From Magnetococcus sp. DMHC-6 (lineage in GTDB: Bacteria > Pseudomonadota > Magnetococcia > Magnetococcales > JADFZT01), in contig JAMOAW010000002.1 in the NCBI GenBank assembly GCA_039908535.1, positions 25,462 through 89,461 on the forward strand: DNA of 64,000 bases. The letters are read 5' to 3'. The position numbers and the translations under genes were made by a program. This document shows positions 27,395 to 36,403 of the stretch, piece after piece; the stretch's first letter is position 1, and the number at the start of each line of letters is the position of its first letter. The notes under the pieces are model-generated. The model had not been told where the DNA came from. It was given only the letters and a program-made list of their open reading frames with translations, and ran no database searches.

Positions 27395-29581
27395 ATGAAT
27401 CAGATCCAAACCATTATCTCACGCATACAAGAGCTAAACCGGATTGGTCACCGATTTTTTACGGAACTTGATCCTAAAAAAATTTTTGAACAAATTCTTA
27501 TTGCCGCAAAATCTTTAACGCACTGCGATGCTGGAACCGTCTATTCTTTCACACAGGATCACCAGTTGCATTTTGAAATTTTGATCAACGACAGCTTGAA
27601 CATTTTTCAATCTGGCTGTTCAGAAAAAATTATTTTTCAGAAAAACATTCCACTTTTCAAAAATGATCAGCCCAATTTGCGCATGATAGCGGCTTATGTT
27701 GCCTTAAAAAATCAAACCATCAATCTGGAAGATGCCTACACAGCAACAAATTTTGATTTTTTTGTAATAAAACAGTTTGATCAGCAGTTTAATTATCGAT
27801 CGAAATCCTTCCTGGTCGTGCCACTTAGAAACCATAACGATGATTTAGTCGGTGTTTTGCAATTAATCAACGCCAAAGATCCAGAAACTGGCGAATTTTG
27901 TACCTTTTCTGAACTGGAGCAAAGCCTAATTGAAAATTTAGCTACCCAGGCCGCCATTGTCATTACCAACCATAAACTCATTCAAAAATTAAATGAAATC
28001 GGCATTTCTCTCTCCTCTGAAAGAGATACCAATCGCTTACTTGAAACCATTCTCTTGGCAGCCAAAAATATAACCAATGCCGATGCTGGGACTATGTATA
28101 GCGTTACCAGCAGGCAAACCCTTAAATTTGAAATTATTCGTACCGACTCCTTAAACATAGCCATGGGTGGCACGACAGGCGTACCGATTAATTTTCCTGA
28201 ATTGTCGTTATATAAAAATGGACAGCCCAATCTGCATATGATCGCGGCCTATGCCGTCATTAAAGAACAAACAATCAACCTCCCAGATGCCTATGAGGCT
28301 CAAGGATTTGATTTTACAGGAACCCATGCCTTTGACAGAAAAACAGGGTATCGCTCCATCTCTTTCCTGACCATTCCTCTCAAAAATCACGAAAATGAAA
28401 TTATAGGTGTATTGCAACTGATTAATGCCAAAGATCCTGTTTCTAACAAAATAAAACCTTTTTCTGAAGAGGATCAAAGACTTGCTGAATCACTGGCCTC
28501 GCAAGCAGCTATTGCCCTAACCAACCAACGTTTAATTGAAAACCTGAAACAACTGTTTGAATCTTTTATCCAATCCATCGCTTCTGCCATTGATGATAAA
28601 TCTCCTTATACCGGTGGCCACTGTCACCGAGTGCCTGTTTTAGTAGAAATGCTCATTGAAGCCGCTGCCGAGTCCAATATTGGCGAACTCAAAAATTTTA
28701 AGATGACCCCAGATGACCTCTATGAATTAAAAATCGCCTCTTGGTTACATGACTGCGGAAAAGTGGTTACCCCATCTGAGATCGTAGATAAATCGACAAA
28801 GTTGGAGAAAATTTTTGACCGGATCCATCTCGTCGATACCCGATTTGAAATTTTAAAACGAGATGCCGAACTGAACATGCTGAAAGATAAGCTCAAAGCA
28901 GTGACAGAGGGTCGGCCTCAAGATATCCCTCTTTTAGAGGAAAATTTACAAAAATTTTTGCTTGAATTAAATCAAGATCGTGATTTTCTGCACGAATGCA
29001 ATATTGGGGGTGAATTTATGTCGCGAGAACGCCAAGAACGCGTTCAAATGATGGCCAAACGGTTCTTCATCGGAGCCGATGGCCAACCAACCCCCTTTCT
29101 GACGGAAGACGAGGTCTATAACCTGAACATCGCCAGGGGGACGATTACTCAGGAAGAACGGGCGATTATTAACCATCATGTGTCGGCCTCCATTAAGATG
29201 CTTCAGGCTTTGCCGTTTCCAAAGAATCTTCAAAATGTACCTGAAATCGCTGGTGCCCACCACGAAACCATGATTGGAAGTGGTTATCCAAAAGGTTTGG
29301 TTAAATCACAAATGTCCATCCAAGCCCGTGCCTTGGCTATTGCCGATGTATTTGAGGCCTTGACAGCCCGCGACCGGCCTTATAAAAAAGGTAAAACATT
29401 ATCTCAATCTTTGCAAATTCTTGGATTTATGAAAAAAGATCAGCATATAGATCCAGACCTGTTCCATGTTTTTATCGATAAAAAAGTTTACCTGCGTTAT
29501 GCAGAAGAGTACCTTGGACCTGAACAGATTGACGAAGTGATACCAGAAAAAATTCCTGGTTACACCCCCCTGCCCAACTAA
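27395..29581 (+). CDS. GAF-GAF-HD-GYP protein (c-di-GMP phosphodiesterase type)
   Basis: Two GAF-like modules (..DAGTVYS.. / ..DAGTMYS.., ..SFLVVPL.. / ..SFLTIPL..). HD domain WLHDCGKV and GAHHETMIGSGYPKGL (GYP). 728 aa. Confidence 0.85.
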   Translation: MNQIQTIISRIQELNRIGHRFFTELDPKKIFEQILIAAKSLTHCDAGTVYSFTQDHQLHFEILINDSLNIFQSGCSEKIIFQKNIPLFKNDQPNLRMIAAYVALKNQTINLEDAYTATNFDFFVIKQFDQQFNYRSKSFLVVPLRNHNDDLVGVLQLINAKDPETGEFCTFSELEQSLIENLATQAAIVITNHKLIQKLNEIGISLSSERDTNRLLETILLAAKNITNADAGTMYSVTSRQTLKFEIIRTDSLNIAMGGTTGVPINFPELSLYKNGQPNLHMIAAYAVIKEQTINLPDAYEAQGFDFTGTHAFDRKTGYRSISFLTIPLKNHENEIIGVLQLINAKDPVSNKIKPFSEEDQRLAESLASQAAIALTNQRLIENLKQLFESFIQSIASAIDDKSPYTGGHCHRVPVLVEMLIEAAAESNIGELKNFKMTPDDLYELKIASWLHDCGKVVTPSEIVDKSTKLEKIFDRIHLVDTRFEILKRDAELNMLKDKLKAVTEGRPQDIPLLEENLQKFLLELNQDRDFLHECNIGGEFMSRERQERVQMMAKRFFIGADGQPTPFLTEDEVYNLNIARGTITQEERAIINHHVSASIKMLQALPFPKNLQNVPEIAGAHHETMIGSGYPKGLVKSQMSIQARALAIADVFEALTARDRPYKKGKTLSQSLQILGFMKKDQHIDPDLFHVFIDKKVYLRYAEEYLGPEQIDEVIPEKIPGYTPLPN

Positions 29582-29621
29582 ATTTTATCTCTGGTGGTGT
29601 TCATGTTTATTCTTTTTTTCT

Positions 29622-31828
29622 TTGGAGTATAAGGTGTTACAACGCCAATTGCTGCGTTACCTATTGAGCTTGGCGGTTCTTACCATTTTTTTATTGCACA
29701 CGCTGGATGTGCTGCCATTGCAATTTCTAAAACAAATGGAAAATGTTGCCTATGATCTTCGGGTGCGTATAACCATGCCAGAAACCCTGGATCCGCGTAT
29801 TGTTATTGTTGATTTAGATGAAAAAAGTCTTGCTAAAATAGGTCGTTGGCCCTGGGGACGGCAACACGTGGCGCGTTTGGTGGATTATTTGTTTAATTAT
29901 TATCAAATTAGTGTCTTGGGTTTTGATATCGTGTTTGCTGAACCGGATGAAAGTTCTGGTTTAAAAATTTTGGATAAATTGCTACAAAACGAACTCAAAG
30001 AAAACACCCTTTTTAAACTGCTATTTGCAAAAATTCGACCAACTCTAGAAAATGATAAAATTTTTGCCAGCCATTTAAAGGACCGAGCTGTTATTCTTGG
30101 CTATTATTTTCGTTCCGAAGCCATGAGTGGATCCACCTCTTCGGGTATGTTACCAGAACCTATTCTCACTTTGGATGAGTTTGAAAAGTCTAATATTCCT
30201 TTTTATGAGGCTCGTGAATTTGGGGCCAATTTACCTGATTTGCAAAAGGCGGCTCTCAATGCCGGCTTTTTTGATAGCCCTGCGGTGGGCGAAGACGGAG
30301 TATTTCGGAGTGCGCCCTTGATCCAAAAATATCAAAAAGGGCTTTACCAATCGTTATCCTTGGGAATTATCCGTGCCCTTTTGGGGGATCCTCCTTTGAC
30401 TTTTGGAATCGTTTCCACCACGGACAATCCACTTGAAACCGATTATGGATTGGAATGGGTGGGGGTCGGTGATTACAAAATTCCAGTGAACGAGCAAGCT
30501 GCGGTGTTGGTCCCCTATCGAGGCAAACAGGGCAGTTTTCCTTATGTCTCTGCCGTGGATATTTTAGAAAAGAAAGCTCCCCTTACTCTATTGAAAGATA
30601 CCATCGTCTTGGTCGGCACCTCGGCCCCTGGGCTCATGGATTTACGGACGACGCCCGTACAAAGTGTTTATCCAGGTGTGGAGGTACATGCCAATATCAT
30701 CAGCGGAATTTTGGATGGCAAGATTCATCAAAAACCTGGTTATTCTTTGGGAGTGGATCTTTTGACTCTTCTGTTTGTTGGTCTGACCATGACTTTTTTA
30801 TTACCTCATTTAGCCCCCGCCTGGACCACCTATGTGACGGTATTATTTTTATTTTTTCTCAGTTGGATCAATCTTCTTTTTTGGAAAGAATTCTATCTCG
30901 TTATAACCTATTCTACACCAATCATTTTGATTTTTATGATGTTTTTATTGCATATGTCCTATGGTTTTTTCGTAGAGTCCCGTGGCAAGCGACAGTTATC
31001 TAGAATGTTTGGTCAATATATTCCATCAGAATTGGTGGATGAGATGAATCAAAGTGGCAAGGATTTTTCTATTGGGGGGGAGTCTCGGGAAATGTCGGTA
31101 CTTTTTTCTGATGTTCGTGGATTTACCACCATTTCTGAAGGGCTTAACCCAGAGGAGTTGACCAATTTGATGAATGGCTTTTTAACACCGATGACCCATA
31201 TTATTCATGCGCATCGGGGAACGATTGATAAATATATGGGTGATGCGATCATGGCTTTTTGGGGAGCTCCTCTGGATGACCCCACCCATGCCCGCAATGC
31301 CGTTTTGGCTGGTCTTGCGATGATTGATGGCCACCTTTGACGATCGGTGTTGGGGTGAATAGCGGATTGATGAATGTAGGTAATATGGGATCGGAATTTC
31401 GCATGGCTTATACTGTTTTGGGAGATGCCGTCAATTTAGGGTCTCGTCTGGAAGGGTTAACCAAACAGTATGGTGTCCATATGATTATCGGTGCCTCTAC
31501 GCAACACATTGTCGGCGCACAGATTGCTTGTCGGGAGTTGGATCGGGTTCGTGTCAAAGGTAAGGACGAACCGGTGATTATCTATGAACCCATTGGCCCG
31601 GTTGAAGGTTTATCTCCTGAAATGCAATCGGAGTTAAACATTTATCATCAAGCGTTAGCCTTGTATCGAATGCAAAATTGGGAAGAGGCTCTTCAACGTT
31701 TTCGAGCTCTTCAGCAACGGGATCCAGAGCGGATGATCTATAATATCTATCGGCAGCGCATTCAACTCTTTCGTAACGAACCGCCTGGATCAGATTGGGA
31801 TGGGGTGTTTACCCATACCAGTAAATAA
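29622..31828 (+). pseudogene. CHASE2-sensor class III adenylate/guanylate cyclase, catalytic domain interrupted (ORFs 29622..31340 and 31337..31828)
   Basis: CHASE2-like periplasmic part and TM block. Cyclase motifs VLFSDVRGFTTISE, GTIDKYMGDAIMAFWGAP, then a stop at 31338. It continues in another frame as (WPP)[29 protein letters not shown]. Confidence 0.75.
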
Positions 31829-31834
31829 AACGAT

Positions 31835-32095
31835 GCGGCACCACCACACTTAACCGTAGTCGTCTGTTTTTTGATTTTATTATTTAAAAAAAAAGGGGTC
31901 TGGGGGATTGCCCCCAGGGTTTTGTTTTTGTTTTTGTTTTTGTTTTTGTTTTTGTTTTTGTTTTTGTTTTTGCTTTTGCTTTTGCTTTTGCTTTTGCTTT
32001 TGCTTTTGCTTTTGCTTTTGACCTCGGTTTTGCTTCCTTCAAACAGCAGGGGGATTGGGGGATGCAATCCCCCAAGGTCTTGACTTTGTTTTTAC
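31835..32095. mobile_element. MITE family 1, copy B (one terminus recognisable, other end degraded) carrying an expanded hexanucleotide repeat
   Basis: GCGGCACCACCACACTTAACCGTAG... aligns with copy C up to ...CCCCAAGGTCTTGACTTTG, then diverges. Lies between the convergent cyclase and terB. Confidence 0.7.
31919..32020. repeat. Hexanucleotide microsatellite: (TTTTTG) x8 plus a leading partial unit, then (CTTTTG) x8
   Basis: Counted directly. The homologous spot in MITE copies A and C has only 1-2 such units. Confidence 0.95.
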
Positions 32096-32123
32096 ACCCT
32101 GCCCTACCCTGCAATCATATTGT

Positions 32124-32576
32124 TTACAGGCTAAAATCGGTTGGATTCAAACCCAATTCCGAAATCATTCGACGGACAATGTTTTGTTCTTGTAGGTCAA
32201 AATTTCCGTCTGAGGCCCCGATGGCACAACAGACGCGGACGATAAGTTGCGCTTGCGGTTTGCCACGAAATTGACCAATGATCTGCATCACTTCGCCAGT
32301 GCCGATATTCGTATCAAACTCAAATTTTTCCACATATTTTTGGAACAGTTTGATAACATCATTTTGATCGAAAACTTTGAGTTGCTCGGAACTTTTCAGA
32401 TATCCCATCATTTTTTGTTTTTCTTGTGAGGTCACATTGCCATCGGCGTAGCCTACTAAGGCACACCCGGCGATGACGGCTTCAAGAAGATCTTTGGATT
32501 TAAACTTGGTGATTTCGGTATTAAGTGTCTCCTGAGCGAGGGTGACATTTTGTTTAAGCCAATCGGTGAACGCCAT
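32124..32576 (-). CDS. terB: Tellurite-resistance-type TerB protein
   Basis: MAFTDWLKQNV...AVIAGCALVGYADGNVTSQEKQKM... (TerB fold pattern). ATG 32576 is 2 nt after the upstream stop. Confidence 0.75.
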   Translation of the reverse strand: MAFTDWLKQNVTLAQETLNTEITKFKSKDLLEAVIAGCALVGYADGNVTSQEKQKMMGYLKSSEQLKVFDQNDVIKLFQKYVEKFEFDTNIGTGEVMQIIGQFRGKPQAQLIVRVCCAIGASDGNFDLQEQNIVRRMISELGLNPTDFSL

Positions 32577-32578
32577 TT

Positions 32579-33823
32579 TTATCTCCTTGTTGTATTTTGG
32601 TCCAGGATGCCCCATCGGATACCCCAATGATAGGCATTGTCCATGGCTGCGTGTCCGTTAAAATAACGGGTTTCTTTGGTAATTTTTAATTTTTCTTGGT
32701 CCATGTCAATGTGGGCAATGGCACACATCATTTGGCCGGTAACGGCCTGATCGAGAGGGATTTCAATATCGGGGTGACCGAAAATTTTAAGGGTTGCCAC
32801 CCCCTGTGCAGCGGTCCAATCTGGTACTGCATTGTATATAAAGGCGAACAGTAAAACACGCTTAATTTTGACGAACTGATCACCGTTAATACGCATTTTT
32901 TGCCAATGGGAAGGAGTTTCTGTTTGATCTTCACCAAGGTGCAAAATATAGGGTTCTTCATGAAAATGGCCCATTTGATTTCCAAAGGCCTGAATGGTTC
33001 CTTTTTGGCCATTGACCAATTCACACAGACAGCCGAGGTTGAGATCGCCCCCTTTGCCTGTCAACAATCCTGCCAGGAGACCACTTTTTTGGGGACGATG
33101 CCATTGCAAATGGATGGCTATCTCTCCGAATCCTTCTGGACGACTTTTTTTTACATAGAGAGACTCGCCTTGTTTTTGCAAAATGAGTTTGCGTCCTTCT
33201 GCTACCTCTTTGGGAGGCGTAAAAACGGGTAATGGCGGGGGGGAGGCGACCACTGGGGCATCGTCGGTGATCATCACCCCATAATGTTTGGCTAAAGGGG
33301 CCAATCCCCCGATAAACCCCTGCCCTACTGCCCTAAATTTCCATTGTCCCTGGCGTTTATAAATCCGCGCCAGGGTGATGGCCGTCTCTGGCATCCCTTG
33401 AACGGGGAGATCAAAACGGAGCACTTCGGCAAACCCATTTGGATTGAGCACTCGGATGAATACCTGCTGAAATCGCGCAAAATTTTGTCCGCGTGCCACC
33501 CCTTCATGGATGGTCAAACAAAGATCAATGGCGACAATAGAGATGGCCATGTTGTCCAAATCTATCGTAAATGATCGCAAATCAGAGGTGACTTTCGTAG
33601 AAGGGATCGGTTGATAACAAACCGTTCCATCTGGGGATTTTTGTGAACCATAAAAGACAAAACCGTCATCGGCCAGAACCCGATCGTTTTCTCCCAATAA
33701 AAAAGCCGACGCATCCACCTCCATACCCTGTTGCGTATTTGGAGCCCAACCAATCGCCACCACAACACGCTCCTGAACAGGAAGGATCATATTGGCTCCA
33801 GGTATCAAGCTTGATCCGGTCAT
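32579..33823 (-). CDS. TerA-like protein with two TerD-type domains
   Basis: N-terminal TerD-like block (VAIGWAP...VDASAFLL..DDGFVFYG...WKFRAVGQG) and a second divergent TerD-like half. 414 aa. Confidence 0.7.
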   Translation of the reverse strand: MTGSSLIPGANMILPVQERVVVAIGWAPNTQQGMEVDASAFLLGENDRVLADDGFVFYGSQKSPDGTVCYQPIPSTKVTSDLRSFTIDLDNMAISIVAIDLCLTIHEGVARGQNFARFQQVFIRVLNPNGFAEVLRFDLPVQGMPETAITLARIYKRQGQWKFRAVGQGFIGGLAPLAKHYGVMITDDAPVVASPPPLPVFTPPKEVAEGRKLILQKQGESLYVKKSRPEGFGEIAIHLQWHRPQKSGLLAGLLTGKGGDLNLGCLCELVNGQKGTIQAFGNQMGHFHEEPYILHLGEDQTETPSHWQKMRINGDQFVKIKRVLLFAFIYNAVPDWTAAQGVATLKIFGHPDIEIPLDQAVTGQMMCAIAHIDMDQEKLKITKETRYFNGHAAMDNAYHWGIRWGILDQNTTRR

Positions 33824-33856
33824 TTTTTTACCTCACTGCTCAAGGCAACAGCCGGG

Positions 33857-34441
33857 TTAAAGCATACCTGTCATTGCTGGCATCATTTCATGGAAGGTCC
33901 GACCAGTGGTTTTTTCGCCAATGGCATGTAGTTTCCATTCGTTGTTATGACGATAGAGTTTGGCCATGATCAGACCAGTATGGGATCCCACTTCACTCAG
34001 TTTAAAGGTGGCCAGTTCTGTGTTACTGACTTCGTCGACAAGACGACAACGCGCATTGGCCACTTGGTCGAAGGTTTGACCGCTAAACGAGGTCACGGTA
34101 AAGACAAGAGATTTAACCGTAGAGGGTAATTTAGAGAGATCGATTTTGATCACTTCGTCATCCCCCTCCCCTGCCCCGGTCAGGTTGTCACCGGTATGGA
34201 CAATGGCCCCACTCATACCGCGCAATTTTTTAAACCAGATCTCTTCGATTAATTTTCCCCCCTCATCAAAGACGAGACAAGAGGCATCCAGATCAATATC
34301 GCCCCCACCGCCGCCAAAGAGGCCAGCCATAAACCCCTTTTTTTGGATCACGTCCCACCCTAACCCCATAAAAACCCGCTGTAGGGTTTGATTCTCTTTT
34401 GAGAGGCTAATTTTTTGTCCTTTGGTAAGTGAAATACTCAT
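33857..34441 (-). CDS. terD: TerD-family stress protein
   Basis: MSISLTKGQKISL...MGLGWDV...DIDLDASCLVFDE...GDNLTGAGEGDDE...WKLHAIGE. 194 aa. Confidence 0.85.
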   Translation of the reverse strand: MSISLTKGQKISLSKENQTLQRVFMGLGWDVIQKKGFMAGLFGGGGGDIDLDASCLVFDEGGKLIEEIWFKKLRGMSGAIVHTGDNLTGAGEGDDEVIKIDLSKLPSTVKSLVFTVTSFSGQTFDQVANARCRLVDEVSNTELATFKLSEVGSHTGLIMAKLYRHNNEWKLHAIGEKTTGRTFHEMMPAMTGML

Positions 34442-34479
34442 ATTGCACGTCTCCTTGACTCAATAGAAAAACACGAGTG

Positions 34480-35082
34480 TTATAATGGAACGACTGTTGG
34501 ATGATCGGTTAACGCCAGCATAGCCCCATCGTGGGGCAAATTACCATAGCCCCAGACCTCTCCTTTGGTGCCGACCAACCATTCTTGTACCCGTCGAGCC
34601 TTTTCTGACCAGGTACAAGAGAGTGTTTTCATCTCTCCTGTTAAGAGATTCCCTTCAATTTCCATTTCTGTTGAAAATAATGCGTCTAAATGGAGAGATT
34701 TTAGTTCAAAAATAGTGGGCATATAGGCCGAAAGGCTGCCTGTGGCGACTAAAATTCGTCGCCCAGCCTCTTGATGACGCTGGAACTCTTGCATGGTTGA
34801 TGGGATCCATTCCAATTGTTTAAAGAGAGACTCTGCGGCCCCTCTGGCTTGATCAAGGGTTTTACCAGCCAATATTCGCCGTAAAATTTCCACCCGGAAG
34901 ATCTCTCTTCTTCGACTTGGTGAAACCAATGCGGCCCTGGCCCCAGCCCCACAGCAAGCCGTTAAAAATTTTTGTTGACCCGCTATAGATCTTAAAAAAA
35001 ATGACATGGTTTCTTGAAAAACCATGGTCCGATCAAAATCAAAAATAACGGAATCGCGATTGATTATGATAAGATTTTCCAC
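34480..35082 (-). CDS. HAD-superfamily hydrolase (Ter-cluster associated)
   Basis: Motif I IFDFDRTMV (DxDxT). 200 aa. First gene of the ter operon on this strand. Confidence 0.6.
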   Translation of the reverse strand: MENLIIINRDSVIFDFDRTMVFQETMSFFLRSIAGQQKFLTACCGAGARAALVSPSRRREIFRVEILRRILAGKTLDQARGAAESLFKQLEWIPSTMQEFQRHQEAGRRILVATGSLSAYMPTIFELKSLHLDALFSTEMEIEGNLLTGEMKTLSCTWSEKARRVQEWLVGTKGEVWGYGNLPHDGAMLALTDHPTVVPL

Positions 35083-35127
35083 AGATAAACGAAAGGCTCC
35101 GAAATCAGGCGGTTTTGAGTAGGTTTA

Positions 35128-35288
35128 GAACATGATGCCCTTCGGGCAGAAAAAATCAAAGGCCAAACCCTGGGGGATGAATCCCCCAGACCCCCTCTTT
35201 TTTTTAAAAATCAAAAGAAAAGGGTGGGGGGAATTGGGGGGCGGTTCTCCGCCCCCCAAGGTCTTGATTTTTGTCTTTCCGATACATA
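35128..35288 (+). repeat. REP/MITE family 2 copy R6 (full length)
   Basis: GAACATGATGCCCTTCGGGCAG...CCGATACAT, directly downstream of the flagellin gene. Confidence 0.85.
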
Positions 35289-35375
35289 AATTAAAGAATG
35301 CAGCATGGAGCACCAAAAGTCAAAAATAAAATCCAGAAGATCTTTTTTAGGATAAACGCCCCCCTGCCCGATTCA

Positions 35376-36206
35376 TTATTGCAATAAATTCAATACCTGC
35401 TTTGGTTGCAAATTAGCTTGCGCTAAAATGGCAATGCCTGCTTGCTGAATAATACTATTTCGGGCCAAAAGGGTGGCTTCTTGAGCAACATCGACATCCA
35501 TAATATGAGACCTAGCAATTTGAAGATTTTCAGAACCACTTGTCAGGGAGGAGATGATCGATTCAAACCGATTTTGAAAGGCCCCCAATTGGGAGCGAAT
35601 AGAGGTGACGGAATCTAGCGCGGTATCCACCAAACCAATCGTTGTACTTGCATTGGCCATGGTACTGACATTGGCCAATGTGCCTCCCACCCCCAATCCA
35701 ATGGCACTGTTCACCGCCCCCATAATGGAGATTTGGATGGTTTGCATGGCATCGGTGCCAATTTGAAATTTTTTATTGGTAAAGCCACCACTCAATAAAA
35801 TTTGGTTGTTAAAATCGGTGTTATTGCCGATTCGATCAATTTCGGCAACCAGTTGCATGACCTCCGTGTTGAGATCGTTTCGATCGGTATTGGTCAAGGA
35901 GGAGGTGTTGGCTTCCACCGCCTTTTCTCGGATTTGTTGCAAGGCCTCCACGGTTTGGCTGAGAGCCTCGTCGGCGATTTGAGTGAGAGATAACCCATCG
36001 TTGGCATTGGTAATCGCTTGATTCATCCCTCGGATATTGGCTGTCAAGCGGGTACTGATTGAAAGTCCAGCTGGATCGTCTTTGGAACTGTTGATGCGCA
36101 ATCCAGAAGCCAATCGGTTATAATTGATACTTAGATTATTGGTAGAACGAGCTAGATAGCGTTGAACCGACAATGCGGCAATGTTGCTATTGATTGAAAG
36201 AGCCAT
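35376..36206 (-). CDS. fliC: Flagellin
   Basis: MALSINSNIAALSVQRYLARSTNNLSINYNRLASGLRINSSKDDPAGLSIS... and C-terminal ...LAQANLQPKQVLNLLQ. Start taken at ATG 36206, not at the ORF maximum 36332. Confidence 0.9.
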   Translation of the reverse strand: MALSINSNIAALSVQRYLARSTNNLSINYNRLASGLRINSSKDDPAGLSISTRLTANIRGMNQAITNANDGLSLTQIADEALSQTVEALQQIREKAVEANTSSLTNTDRNDLNTEVMQLVAEIDRIGNNTDFNNQILLSGGFTNKKFQIGTDAMQTIQISIMGAVNSAIGLGVGGTLANVSTMANASTTIGLVDTALDSVTSIRSQLGAFQNRFESIISSLTSGSENLQIARSHIMDVDVAQEATLLARNSIIQQAGIAILAQANLQPKQVLNLLQ

Positions 36207-36403
36207 GAACCAATCTCCACTGCTGTTATTATTGTTATCCAGCGGATATTTACCCAATTTAGGTATAAATTTAATTATAGTGCGGATTTCTTCCGCTTGA
36301 TTTATCCTACCAGGGTTGATAATTTGCGTCAAGAACGGAATTGCCTTGAATGAGATGAAGAAGCAACTTTTTTGAATTATCGCAATGAAAGGAGAAAAAT
36401 AAT

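Noticed and set aside
31762-32114. ORFs encoding KSKSKS/NKNKNK, LFLFLF/LLLL and KAKAKA/KTKTKT runs
   Set aside because: They are translation artefacts of the (TTTTTG)n(CTTTTG)n microsatellite inside a MITE.
36207-36332. 42-codon N-terminal extension of flagellin
   Set aside because: The flagellin family N-terminus (MALSINSNIAALS..) starts at 36206, and the extension lacks homology logic.
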